From NCBI GenBank assembly GCA_951406725.2, contig OX597831.1, positions 52,514,001 to 52,578,000 on the forward strand: a DNA stretch of 64,000 nucleotides, in the 5' to 3' direction. Position 1 is the stretch's first letter. Each line of letters begins with the position of its first letter. Positions 13,879-26,967 of this stretch are shown one piece after another. The notes beneath the pieces are model-generated. The model saw nothing but the letters and a program-made list of their open reading frames with translations. It had not been told where the DNA came from and ran no database searches. Origin of the DNA: Octopus vulgaris. Taxonomy: Eukaryota. The translations under genes and the position numbers were made by a program.

Positions 13879-14536
13879 GTGGGTATGCGCATGTAGATGT
13901 GTGCGTGTATATCATTCTAAGGAACTTTTTCACCAAGTCCCTGTCGGTTAGTTAAGTGGCACAACGATATTTTAGACATGTATGTAGTTTTCTGCTTTTT
14001 GAGTGAGATGGATAATAAAGAATTTAGTTTCTGTGATGCAACGATCACATTTCTTTGAATTGTTTCTCAATAAACCTATTTGATCTAAGATTGATGAGGT
14101 TCTCGTTTGTCCTTGTTTTTCCTTTTCAGTTCCCCCTTCCTCATTCTATCTGCCTATTTTCTTATTTCTGCGATGCATATATATATATATATACATATAT
14201 ATTTCTTATTAACACGGTATAATTAATTATTTTTTTATGAAAGAAAATACCTCAGATCTTCTCATTCCCATTTACTACTCCTACATAACCTCTGTAACCT
14301 TTGCAGGGAAATCGATGTTGTACTCTTGGAAAATCAGAAAAGAAATTATTGGTTACTCTCATTGTGTATTTTCTTCATGTTCAAATGGGTTTATTGAGAA
14401 AAAAATAAACAGCCGCCAAAAGATACACCACAGAACATGACTCTTATTATGTTAAACAAAACTTTTTTACTATGTGTGTGTGTTTGTGTGTATGTCTGTG
14501 TGTGTGTCTGTACGTGTGTGCATGTGTGTATACATG

Positions 14537-14578
<42 letters not shown>

Positions 14579-14580
<2 letters not shown>

Positions 14581-14695
14581 TAATCCAAACAAGAAAACAC
14601 AGAAAAAAAGAGAAAAAAAGAGAAAAAAACACAGCAACGCAGGACGTGGAACAATTAAAGTATTATTAACGCTCAGGAAAGAAGGGAAGGAGGGT
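14579..14695 (-). mobile_element. truncated pLTR-like repeat family P3 inside (TA)n
   Basis: Matches 55856-55955 and the reverse complement of 60972-61080. Confidence 0.7.
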
Positions 14696-15175
14696 ATATA
14701 TATATATATACATATATAAATGCATATATATTTATATGCACATACACATTTATATATGTATGTATGTATGAATACACACACACAAACACACATATATGTG
14801 TGTATGTATGTATATATGTATGCATGTATGTATATATATATGTATGTATAGAGAGAGAGTACAATTTAGCAATACATTGTGAGTTTTGTTGTTGTTGTTG
14901 GTGGTGGTGGTGGTGTGTGTTTCTGTTTGTGTTTGTCCCCCATCCCTCATAAAATTTGCGGTTGGCACAAGAGTCCGATTAAATAAATACCAGACTTTAA
15001 AAATGGTAGGATCAATTTGTTTGATAAAAGCTTTCAAGGAATTACCCCAGCATTGTTGCAGTCCAATGACTGGACCGAGTAAAATTCGAAAGATAAACAA
15101 CTTACTTCATTACGCAATAAAAAATAAGGTATATAAAGGAATCTTGTTTTATTCCATATAATACACCATAATATC

Positions 15176-15408
15176 TATTTCTTTATTACCCACAAGGGGC
15201 TAAACACAGAGGGGACAAGCAAGGACAGACATAGGTATTAAGTCGATTACATCGACCCCAGTGCGTAACTGGTACTTAATTTATCGACCCCGAAAGGAAG
15301 AAAGGCAAAGTCGACCTCGGCGGAATTTGAACTCACAACGTAACGCAGACGAAATACCGCTAAGCATTTCGCCCAGCGCGCTAACGTTTCTGCCAGCTCG
15401 CCGCCTTG
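15176..15408 (-). mobile_element. SINE family B monomer with 17-bp target-site duplication
   Basis: Flanked by taatacaccataatatc at 15159-15175 and 15409-15425. Other family B copies at about 10690-10805(-), 15490-15680(+) and 21500-21715(+). Confidence 0.9.
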
Positions 15409-16385
15409 TAATACACCATAATATCGTACAGCTAAACAATTATCTTTCACTGCATGTAGTATTCAATTGTACTGAATGCTTAACAGAGGGTGTGGCTGAG
15501 CATAATCGGTAGAGCGTCGGAAAAAATGTCTTGCAGATTTCGTTCCGGCTTTTTACGTTCTGAGTTCAAATTACGCTGAGATCAACTGTTTTTCATTCAT
15601 CGGGGTTGATAAAAATAAAAATAGTACCGGCCAAGGTCTCCTCATAAAACTGTTGGCCTTGGGCGGAAATTAAGAACAATTATAATATTCAACGCACATA
15701 TATCGTCTTCTGTTCCGGTCCTTATTCAACTAGCTCTATTTCATTAAACTTCAGCTTACAGTCGACCGTTCACTCGCTATTTTAAACTACTGCCTTTGAT
15801 GGCATATAAGACGCCTAACTTTTTGTTCCAAAATAAAAGGTCTCAAAATATCATACCGTATCCCATAAGCGACACTGGGCCTCCCAGAAGCTTTAATGCT
15901 CCAAAAACTGTTTTTCCTGAATATGCGCTGCTGAAATTAGAGTGCAACTTAGATTACCCGTGCGACTTTTAAGCTATCAAGTGCTGTACCTGAATTCAAG
16001 ACTTTCTTTTGTCTAGCGTCAGATAACCTCTTACCCTTACGTTGAGAGATCGCGCCGACTAAGAAGCCAGAGCTATCGTAATTGTTACAGGCTCTCTTTT
16101 ACAATAATCTCCTTCATAATGAAAGCAATTATAATGTGAGGCGCCATTCTACAGTTCAGTTTGATCAATAATAATGATAATTATAACATTATATAATAAT
16201 AATATTAATAATGATAATCTCGATAATGACAATAATGATTTTTTTTAGCTCAAAAATGTAAAATTAAAGCAAATGATGATGATGATGATGACGACGATGA
16301 TAACGACGACGACGACAATCAACATAACCATCATTATTATCGTCATGAGAAGGGGAAAGGAGGAAGAGGGACGATGATGATGACT

Positions 16386-16428
<43 letters not shown>

Positions 16429-17437
16429 TAATAATAATAATAATAATAATAATAGTGATGATGATGATGATGATGATGATGGTTTCTTAATGTATAATGG
16501 TTACACACAAAATGCTAATATTAATGACAACAACGACGACAGACAACGAAGACAGACAACGAAGACAGTGATGATGATGAGGAGGAGGAGGGTGTGGAGA
16601 AGGAAGGAGTGAGGAAGAGAAGGAGAATGAGGAAGGAAAGGAGGGTGAGGATGAGAAGGAGAGTGAGGAGGAGAAGGAGGGCGAGGAAGAGTAGGAGGGT
16701 GAGGAAGATGGTGATGATTACTTGCAAGTAATGAGTTCTGGCGGAACAATGATAATAATAATAATAAAAGTAACTATAATATCATGTTTTAATTATTGCT
16801 GCTGCTGCTGTTGTTGTTGTTGTTGTTGTTGTTGTTACAATATACACTTAACCTGTGAAAAAATATAATAAACCAATTAGCTCGGTTTTTGCATTTCATT
16901 GTTCTTTTTTTAGGGAGGGAAGGTTTTTTTTGTTATTGTTCTATTTTTCTTGTTTATTTTTCTTCATTACATTTGCCTAACACAGATATAGTTGTTTGAT
17001 CATAATACTTTTTATATTTTAATCACACATTATCTTTCCCCCGTCCCCCCAAACACTTCCCACACGCTCTACACTTTACAAACATACATTTTAATTACAA
17101 TGTCTCCTTAGGCATATCACTCAATTCATTTTAGCTCAACTCCTCAAGTCTTGGGATAAACGACTTAGCTTTCATTAAAACAAAACCAATTATAAAAAAA
17201 AAGAATTAAATGTATTGAAAACTATCGCAGAGAAATGGCTGGCACAAAGCGCCGAGCAATTCTTATGTCAATAGACTGCATTTGAGAGACGCCTCAGTCA
17301 TTGGTAGAACTAATTTTATATTACTATTTCTATATTAAGGTTAAAGAATATTGCCATAGTTATTAATGTAGGTATTTACACGTTTGTACACATACATGTG
17401 CACGACAATAAGCCCGCATATATATATATATATATAT

Positions 17438-17708
17438 AACAATTGCAGCGTGGAAGGTGTTTGTAAGCCATTTAAGAAACACACAAAAGCCGTTCGATTC
17501 ACTTCAACATTTAAGTTTAATTTGTCAAAATATTTTCGTCGCTAAAATTTGCGACCTGTTCACTGACAAAAATCCGTGCTCAGTGAACAGGTCGCGGATT
17601 TTAGCGACGAAAATATTTTGACAAATTAAACTTAAATGTTGAAGTGAATCGAACGGCTTTTGTGTGTTTCTTAAATGGCTTACAAACACCTTCCACGCTG
17701 CAATTGTT
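17438..17708. repeat. near-perfect inverted repeat (about 129-bp arms, 13-nt spacer), inverted pLTR-like
   Basis: 17438-17566 is the reverse complement of 17580-17708 apart from two mismatches seen (aaatttgcg vs aaatccgcg). Confidence 0.95.
17521..17570 (-). ncRNA. putative minimal type I hammerhead ribozyme, G3-C8 variant
   Basis: Minus strand reads tttgtca-GTGAACA-g-gtcgc(aaatttta)gcgac-GAAA-atat-TT-tgacaaa: 7-bp stem I, 5-bp stem II, palindromic stem III. Confidence 0.7.
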
Positions 17709-17782
17709 TTCGTTTCAGCACACGATCTCAGATCAAATCACTTGCTATGCGAGTACATCTCCCTATATATATATATATATAT

Positions 17783-17915
17783 ATTAAGGTATGTAGAAAA
17801 ATACAACATGGACAAGAACGTATAACTCTCAGAAGACGACACAATAAACACGGACAGGACATTCGAAACCCTCAGTCTTCAGTCAAGAACCGGATCATCG
17901 TAGTAATTTCGGCTG

Positions 17916-17949
<34 letters not shown>

Positions 17950-18967
17950 GGTATGTAGAAAAATACAACATGGACAAGAACGTATAACTCTTAGAAGACG
18001 ACACAATAAACACGGACAGGACATTCGAAACCCTCAGTCTTCAGTCAAGAACCGGATCATCGTAGTAATTTCGGCTGATTAATCTTGAGATTACTAGATC
18101 ACGGCCAGCCCTCCAAGAAAAACCAAGCAACGAGCATTAGAAAAACTAAGCTGGAAGCGTAGATTTCCTGGAAGAAGGATCGAATGCATACGAACACCAG
18201 GACAGCAAAAGGGACAGATATAAAAAAACAAAAAACAATAATGGAATACAGAAACATGAAATACAGAAGCATTAACGGTGAAAACAACAGTGTCTTACGA
18301 CTGATAACAAGCAAACAAATTTTTTCTCTGGCGCAATGGAAAAAGCCTTTATAGTGGCGGACGAAAACAGCGATGTTAACACGACGAGGGTCAGAAGCTG
18401 AAAGGCAGATTTCGGCCAACAGTCACGTGACAGAGAAGAGGGAAAAGAAAAGAAAGAGAAGCAAAGGAAAGAGAGAGAGAGAGAGAGAGAGAGAGGAGGG
18501 ACAAACGCAACAAAGAGAGAGAAGAGAGAGAAAAAAAGGAATCAGAGAGGAGAAGGGATGGGTGTCGAAGAATGACCTGTGAGTGCAGAGCGAGACAAAG
18601 AAATAGGAGGGTAGTGGAAGACTAGACCAAAGAATCAGAGGAAAGAGAAGAGAAAAGAGGATGAGTAGAGAGAAAGAGAGAGAGGGGGACAGATCAAGTA
18701 AAAATGAGAGAGAGAGAGAGACAAACAGAGAGTCGTACCAATTATTAAGAATATGTGCTCACATAAATGTTAAGGGGGGTACGGGGCGCCTGGAATATAT
18801 GTTAAGGTATGTAGAAAAATACAACATGGACAAGAACGTATAACTCTTAGAAGACGACACAATAAACACGGACAGGACATTCGAAACCCTCAGTCTTCAG
18901 TCAAGAACCGGATCATCGTAGTAATTTCGGCTGATTAATCTTGAGATTACTAGATCACGGCCAGCCC

Positions 18968-18970
<3 letters not shown>
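17783..18970 (-). mobile_element. P1-related non-coding element with direct terminal repeats (partial tandem)
   Basis: ttaaggtatgtagaaaaatacaacatggacaag...atttcggctgat occurs at about 17784, 17946 and 18802; the last two share about 170 bp and bracket a GA-rich interior; bounded by (TA)n. Confidence 0.75.
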
Positions 18971-19025
<55 letters not shown>

Positions 19026-19432
19026 ACTTACGTGTGCACACATGGGTATAATCAACGCGCGCACGTTGAAAAAGAACGCTCCGCTGGAACATAGAGATGC
19101 CAACCTATATTCACATTAAATTCATTTATGTGCGTGTGTTCGTGCCTGGGTGTGTATACACTCATACACACATATACATGCTTATATTCACATGCAAATA
19201 GACATAAGTACATACATACACAAATACATATATATAAATATATACATATGTATAAATATTAATGTTTGTTTTTATATCGAGTTATAAATAAAAGCAAATT
19301 TACATTAGTCGGAATAATTACTGAATACTCTTTAGTAAAGGGCATATCAAAGTTTTGATAAGGGTAGTTGTAAGAATGAAACTTCGAAGTTTCGGCCTGC
19401 TTCCTTCAACAAGTATAGATAGACAGACAGAC

Positions 19433-19528
<96 letters not shown>

Positions 19529-19774
19529 GGATGGATAGATGAACAGACGGGACACACACAGACACATACATACATACATACATACATACATACATACATA
19601 CATACATACATACATACATACATACATACATACATACAGACAGACATGCATACATACATACATACATACATACATACATACATACATACATACATACATA
19701 CATACATACATACATACATGCATACATACATACATGCATACGTGCATGCATGCATGCAAACGCATACATACACT

Positions 19775-20072
19775 CAAAACCTCCCGTAAAGTCTCTTGCC
19801 CCCTGTAAATAGGCAAAATTTCACAAACGCTGTACTCTATTCCAAGAAATCTCTTCTCAGAAAGGGCTACAAAGAAAAAAATCTCGTGTCTAGAGCTCTT
19901 AGCTAGGCCAAAAACGTGCAGAAAAAGCAACAACAACATAAACAAAAGAACAGAGAAAGACTCATCACATGGTTCACACGGCATACTACATCAACTTAAC
20001 CGTTCGAGTAGGCAAAATCTTAATTCTTCTTAGAAAACACTTTCCTTCTAAACATAAATATTACAAAATATT
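19775..20072 (+). mobile_element. Penelope-like element ORF fragment (RT thumb/linker region), frameshifted
   Basis: [24 protein letters not shown]...RERLITWF...YINLTVRVGKILILLRKHFPSKHKYYKIF resembles the PLE motif RKRNIIWFNPPF..NVKTNIGK.FL.LIDKHFP..HKLHKIF. Confidence 0.75.
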
Positions 20073-20535
20073 CGGCTGGTTATACTCAAGATTGCTCCAA
20101 TCTGGACAGCACCAAGGAAAAACTAAGCTAAGAGCACTAGATTCCTTGGAAGAAAGCAGCGAATACATACTAAAACAAGGACGGAAAAAAACGGAGAAAT
20201 GGTACACAAATGCAAATATCCTGTATTTGCATTTGTATTTGCGTACCATTTCTCCGTTTTTTCCGTCCTTATTTTCGTATACATTCGCTGCTTTCTTCCA
20301 AGGAATCTAGTGCTCTTAACTTAGTTTTTCCTTGTGGCTGTCTAAATTGGAGCAATCTTGAGTATAACCAGCCGAAATTGCAAAGATAATCTGGAACTCG
20401 ACTGAAGAAAGAAAATTCGAATGACCCGTTCTTGTTTTTTTTTGTATCGTCTGTCTGGATGCTTTGTTGTCCTTTTTTTGTATCATCTGTCTGGATGTTT
20501 TGCGTTCTTGTCCCATTTTTGGTATTCCTTTTTAT
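20071..20535. mobile_element. inverted pair of P1 pLTR-like repeats (hairpin 20071-20376)
   Basis: ttcggctggttatactcaagattgctccaat...ggtacacaaatgcaaata is followed by its imperfect reverse complement ending ...gagtataaccagccgaa. Confidence 0.85.
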
Positions 20536-20751
20536 ATAAATATAGCGGCGTACGTACACTTTGGTCTCTTATAAGTGTATATATATATATAGATAGATAG
20601 ATATATATATGTGTGTGTGTGTGTGTGTGTCAAAAGGATGTGCTATAATACTATTCCACAGTCATATCAACAATCCAATGATACTGATCCACATATACAA
20701 AAACAGCCATGCCAACAATCCAACATACCTCCATCATATATATACATATAT

Positions 20752-20794
<43 letters not shown>

Positions 20795-21109
20795 CGTGTA
20801 CCCAGTACCCCTTGCTCAAAGACAACATATCTCAGGCCTGCTGTCCTGGTGTCCTGCTGCAACTGTTTCTGAATTTCCTTCCCTTTGAAATAATCTGGAA
20901 TCCGGCAAGTCAAGTCAAAGATAGTCAGTAAATCTATGCGTAGAAGTTGCTTAGATATTTTTCAGTTCCTGTCTTGTACTGTGTGTCCAATATAGCTGAT
21001 CTAGGTTTCGATTTTCAAATCTTTAATTCTTTTAAGTATGTCTAAGATAATGATACCACTGCGACACAGTGTGAATCAGAAAAATTGAAATTGATTTTAA
21101 TATTACAAA

Positions 21110-21493
21110 CTAGCAGTATCGCCCGGCGTTGCTCAGGTTTGTAAGGGAAATAACTATAAAGCATTTTTAGAGAGTTATAGCCAAAAAATAGCAAAAAAAT
21201 GGAAAAAAAATGATGGTAAATTTTTTTTGAGAGTTAAAAAAGGCGGAGTTGCGTCCCCTAGACGGTCTGTGGTTTGGGTTTCTGATTCTCGACCCCATGT
21301 CGAATTTATCGATTTTTTTCAGAACTGGGGGAACTTTTTTAAATTTTCGCTGCGTTAGTTTTGAATTATGACATTGGGCTATGTGTGTGTCAAGTTTCAT
21401 CAGAATCGGTTGAAAGCCGTGGTCAGAGTGAGGGTACGAGAAAACAGACACACAGAAAACGCACAGACAAACTGCCGTTTATATAGAGAGAGA
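21110..21493 (-). mobile_element. non-autonomous Helitron
   Basis: On the minus strand: A|TCtctctctatataaac...cctgagcaacgccgggcgatactgCTAG|T, i.e. 5' TC, subterminal hairpin, 3' CTAG, AT target and no TSD. Confidence 0.85.
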
Positions 21494-22495
21494 TTCTGAA
21501 GGCTGTGAGCTGGCAGAATCGTTAGCACGCCGGGCAAAATGCTTATCGGTATTTCGTCCGTCTTTATGTTCTGAGTTCAAAATCTTCTGTGGGTCGACTT
21601 TACCTTTTACTCTTTGGGTGAGTCGATAAAATAGGTATCAGTCGAGCACTGAGGTCGATGTAATCAACGTATCCTTTCCCCGAAACTGCTGGCCTTGTGC
21701 AAAATTTGAAACCAATATTACAAATCCTCACTGCGGGTTAGATATGAATAATGTGGAAAGAATGTTTACACTCTTATTTCATCCGTATCGAGGTTTTGTG
21801 AAAGGTGCGTGTATGTACGTGTGTGTGTGTGTGTGTGTATTTGCTTTTGGTGCCAAAACGTACTATCGCCCAAAACAAATTGAATGTCAGCTGCACCAAA
21901 TCAATAGCGCTCAAACAGCCACGTCTCATTCCGCGCTCTCTCTTACCAACAATCTCGTTGCCTCCATTACTGCCCCTAGTCCATTGTCTTCCGCCATTAC
22001 ACACTTTCATAACACCTAAATTTTGCTGTCTCTCTTCCATTATTCCTAGCTCCTAGCACTCTCGCTCTCCTCCTCAGTGTCTCTCTCCCTCTCTCCCCTC
22101 TCTCTTTCTGTCTCCCCTCTCTCTTTCTCTCTCTCTCTGTCACTCTCTCCTCTACCACGTTTACGCTTTATTCACTCTGTTTGTCTCATCACACATTCAT
22201 CATATTTTTCCTTCTTACTCAGTTCGCCAATCGCTCTCGCTTCAAAGTCGTGCATGTGCTTACGCTAAAATGCCTCCCAGTACATCCTGAGAAGTGGCTG
22301 GCATCAGGTAGAGCGTCAATCACAGGAAAATGCCTCAAATAAAACTGTATGAGCGAAATGTACGTAGTCCTTTTACCTGTCGAAGGTGACAGTAACTCCG
22401 AATACGAACAGCTGCTCTGCACCGTGATGATTGACTATCCGTCCAGTAGAAGGTTGACGTAAAGGGATGATAACGACGACGACGACGACGATGAC

Positions 22496-22529
<34 letters not shown>

Positions 22530-22966
22530 CATATACGATAATATCACATACACACACGCACGCACAATTGTATGATTAGAAGAGAGAAAAGCAAAACGAA
22601 AGCGAGATGAACAAAACTTTCCTTCAGCTTACTTGTTTTGTTGCTTTATAATTTTTTACCCTCAATTTCTAATTTTTATTTATTTATTTACTTATTTCTT
22701 GTTTCTGGAAGATGAAGCAACTGATGTGGGTTTGCATTGCCAATAAGTAATTTAAGAAGACATCTGATAGTCAAAATACGCCTAGTTATTGTGACCGTAG
22801 GAAGATCTCTATCATTTCGGCTTCGTGTAACTACTTTTATTTAACACTATCACACTTCCTCTTTGCAGCGTCCGGGAGAGAAGACTCATTTTACAACCGA
22901 AAACTTTTTACCCTGTATTCTACATGCTATTTCTTATAGCTTTATCTACTTCAAGTTCCAACCTTA

Positions 22967-23001
<35 letters not shown>

Positions 23002-23015
23002 TTGCATATGTATGT

Positions 23016-23405
23016 ATGTTCAGTTTTATTTCAAGATTTCTTGCCAATAGAGAAAGGGCTGTTTCTAACCTAGATTCAAGACTCCTTCATCGGAATTTCA
23101 ACATCAATAATAGGATATTTTTGTTTGTATGCATGTATATATGTATACGTACAGATTTGTATGTTTTATGTATGTATAGGGCCGTTTCTAACCTAGATTC
23201 AAGACTCCTTCATCGGAATTTCAACATCAATAATAGGGTATTTTTGTTTGTATGCATGTATGTATGTATACGTACATTTTTGTATGTTTTATGTATGTAT
23301 TCTCATGCACATAGTTGCATATCTAGACATGTTTATATATATTTAAATGATAAACATCTGCAAAGTTTTACAGATTTTTACAGTTCCAGTGATGGATTGA
23401 GTCTG
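23016..23405 (-). mobile_element. pLTR-like repeat with internal about 123-bp tandem duplication and two hammerhead-like motifs
   Basis: gtttctaacctagattcaagactccttcatcggaatttc occurs at about 23061 and 23184; minus strand reads CCGATGA-agg-agtct(tgaatct)aggtt-a-GAAA-c. Confidence 0.6.
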
Positions 23406-24384
23406 TAGTCTTATGTATGTATGTATGTATGTATGTATGTATGTATGTATGTATGTATGTATGTATGTATGTACTTACGCATATATGTGTATGCGTGTGT
23501 GAGCATGTTTGTGTGTGTGTGTATTTGCGTGTGCTAGTGTGTCTATTTGCGTATGCTTGTGTATGTGTATTTGCGTGTGCTTGTGTATGCTAAGATTCTT
23601 GTTCTTGTATCTGATGTAATTGATATATCCACTATTATTACGTTTTGTCTGACTTCTATAACGGAAGTTGTTCTCACAAAATGTCCGACCTTAAAACGGT
23701 CAGCTTCCTATGTTAGTCTCAATCATTGCTTGGCTGGAACATCGTCAATTTGTTGTTGTTGGCTTTCTCCTCCTCCTCCTCCTCCTTCTTTTACTTCTAT
23801 TTCGTCTTCTCTCTCTTTTAAGAATGAAAAAAAAAACGCGTGAATTAAATAGAGTGAGTGTAGGGAGGGCAATAAGGAAAGCAAAATTGAAACAGAGGCA
23901 AGGAAAACAAACTGGCAGACAAACAGACTATTAAAAACTCATACATGTAAACACACGCACAAACATATGTACGTGATTGGCTGGCATTTGCTTTATTGAT
24001 ACCGATCGACTCTGCCTGGATTAGAACTCAGAACATAACGTAACCAAACACCGCAAAACAATTCAGTCGACAGTATACCGATTTCAGGAATAAAGATTTC
24101 TAGAATACGCATAGAAACAATTCATAAATATTTGGGAAGGAATGTTGTTAGTTATAACGACTGGTATCTATTATTATAAATCGACCTAACAGACATACTT
24201 CTCTCTTGCTCTCTGAAAACTTTTTTCAGCGGATATTTTACTCAAAATATTAAAAACAATCAAATATTTTAAAGGTAACATTTCAATATCTTACTTGTTA
24301 CTGTTATTAGTGATACTTAATATTTCAGATACACTGCTTTTGTCTTGTGTAAGTCCACTATTTTGTGCACGCGCGTGTGTGAAC

Positions 24385-24506
<122 letters not shown>

Positions 24507-24641
24507 AAGATGGATATACGTGTGTATATATGTGGTGTGTGTGTGTAAAAAGATAGATATACATTATATTATATATATATATATATATATACATACATAT
24601 TTATGTATGTGTATATATATATATATATTTATATACATATA

Positions 24642-24734
<93 letters not shown>

Positions 24735-24744
24735 ACATAGTGAG

Positions 24745-24784
<40 letters not shown>

Positions 24785-25178
24785 AAGAGAGAAAGTCAGA
24801 AAGACAGGCAGTGAGAAAGAGATTATTATTTCGGCCTTGTGCCTATAGTAGAAAGGATTATTTCGACATAGATATATTAATAACCAATTTTTATAACCTA
24901 ATATGCTTACGGTTTCAAGTAAGCCCTCGGGTGATTATAGACCGTAATATGAGTTAATGAATGACAAAAGAACAAGAGTTATCTTATCACCTTCATTAGC
25001 TTACTGCTGCTTCTGCGATACGAAGCAGTGCACTCGGGGTTGCTTGTATAACATCCAATAGCTTCCTCGGATTCATTATGAATTGTTATATGAATTAATG
25101 AAACAATGTATTCTGCCTGCTACAAATCACGTAGTAATAATTTAAAACTATGTCTAATGTTATTGTTTATTGTTTCAG

Positions 25179-25315
25179 AACATAACGAAGAGCCAGACCT
25201 CCTCTACAAATTGATGGGTGCCTATATTGTACTGGGATTTGTCGGATTTCTACTGATACTTTTATTTTTGGATAAAATTGGCGCTCGAGTTGACCCAGAG
25301 AAGAGTGCTTACGAA
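25179..25315 (+). CDS. internal coding exon of a membrane protein, probably UNC-93-like MFS protein (UNC93A-like)
   Basis: Acceptor ttgtttcag|AA and donor GAA|gtaagt; 137 nt, phase 1 to 0; encodes HNEEPDLLYKLMGAYIVLGFVGFLLILLFLDKIGARVDPEKSAYE, one TM helix resembling from memory the UNC-93 helix (xYxLxGxY...LxxFLDxI) before the central loop. Family assignment is not database-verified. Confidence 0.7.
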
Positions 25316-25439
25316 GTAAGTGTTTTATATCAACATTAATACCAAATCATATATCTCGTATTTGTTTGATGATGTCCTCTTTCAGTCATGAAAGGGAAAA
25401 GGAAAGGAAATGGCTGCACTGAGAGAGGTGCAAAAGAAA

Positions 25440-25600
25440 TTTTAGTTCGACCGTCCTTGCGGACGTTTCAATGATTTCACGCGAGCACGCCATCCATCAC
25501 GATCCCTTATGCATGTTCTCAATTTGTCAACATTTTCCATTCCATTGTCCTGAAGTAAGTACTCCGCATAGGCTAGACGTTTTCTTACCAAAGAACTTTG
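25440..25600 (-). mobile_element. LINE (RTE-like) extreme 3' remnant
   Basis: RKRLAYAEYLLQDNGMENVDKLRTCIRDRDGWRARV fits the C-terminal 'MxDRxxWR' motif. Confidence 0.65.
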
Positions 25601-25889
25601 TGTCACTCTGCAAGAGAGTGACACGAAATACTACTTGAAGGGTGGGAGAGTTTAAATATGTGAAGTCGACTTAGCTGCAGGAGATTTAGAGCTGAGAATG
25701 TAAAGAACGGTAACTAAGTAGTGCAAGAATTTTTGTCCAGTACTCTATCAACTTGTCGCCCTTATCAATGTAAATATAACAAAAATGTTTTTATCTATAA
25801 AAAATGATGCTAAAAACCTGGAAAATTTTACAGCTGTAGTTATGTAATCTAGTTATAGACCAATCTACCACCAATAAGTACGACGATTG

Positions 25890-26075
25890 TTGAACTATGA
25901 GTTAACAATCGTTACAAGTATAAATTGTTAACTATAAATTGTGAAACTTTAAATTGTTCAATGCAAACTGTTACAGTAGAAACTACAAATTGTGAAACTA
26001 TAAATTATTGACTTATAAATTGTTAAACAATAAAATTCTAAAATATAAATCATGAATTATAAATTGTTACAATAA
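25890..26075. repeat. degenerate about 15-bp minisatellite (aactataaattgtga-like)
   Basis: Roughly a dozen imperfect tataaattgt units visible. Confidence 0.7.
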
Positions 26076-26367
26076 AAAGTGGAAGGTATATATCCGCTGA
26101 TGAACTCCCATAGGAGGGAAATAACTCCAAAGTTACCTCCCGTACAAGACATCTAAAAAGATTTAATACTTACGAACTAAAATTGATTCTTTTTTTTTTC
26201 TTTGTTGTTGTTCATTGTTATCCACGTATGTCTAATCTTGCTTTAACTTTTATGAATGTTTCAAAATATTAAAATGCTTTCACCCACTTAAGTAAAAGTT
26301 AGACAGCTGTCAAACCAATATAAATAAGAAAATTTACCCAAGCAATTGTAAACTAGTGATGTGCACG

Positions 26368-26398
<31 letters not shown>

Positions 26399-26459
26399 TT
26401 GTGTGTGTGTTTGTGTGTGTTTGTGTGTGTGTGCGTGTGTGTGAGTGTGTGTGTGTGCA

Positions 26460-26522
<63 letters not shown>

Positions 26523-26694
26523 ACTATCACTGCACCCTTTCTCAAAATATGACCATGTCCTGAATGATGTCAGCTAACGAATCGGAAATTTCAATTGTTC
26601 CGATATGGTGCTCTGCCGAAAACTTGGCAACAAGACTACATATGTTTCATATACATATATACAAAGATATATATATAAATACACACATACACAC

Positions 26695-26725
<31 letters not shown>

Positions 26726-26734
26726 AACACGCAT

Positions 26735-26783
<49 letters not shown>

Positions 26784-26967
26784 ACGAAGGCTAGCAAACC
26801 ATAACCACGAAATCACTGTCACACTACTTGCAAAAGTTTAATAAAACACATAATCTTCTAAAAATCTAAAAAGTAATGAGTAATCTTTCAGTTAATCTTA
26901 AATTGATATATATATATTATATAAATTATATATTATATATTATATATTATATATTATATATTATATA

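Noticed and set aside
19375-19413. Palindrome gaaacttcgaagtttc with an upstream TTGAAG as a hammerhead
   Set aside because: No convincing stem I or II and no intact 7-nt box; at most a decayed relic.
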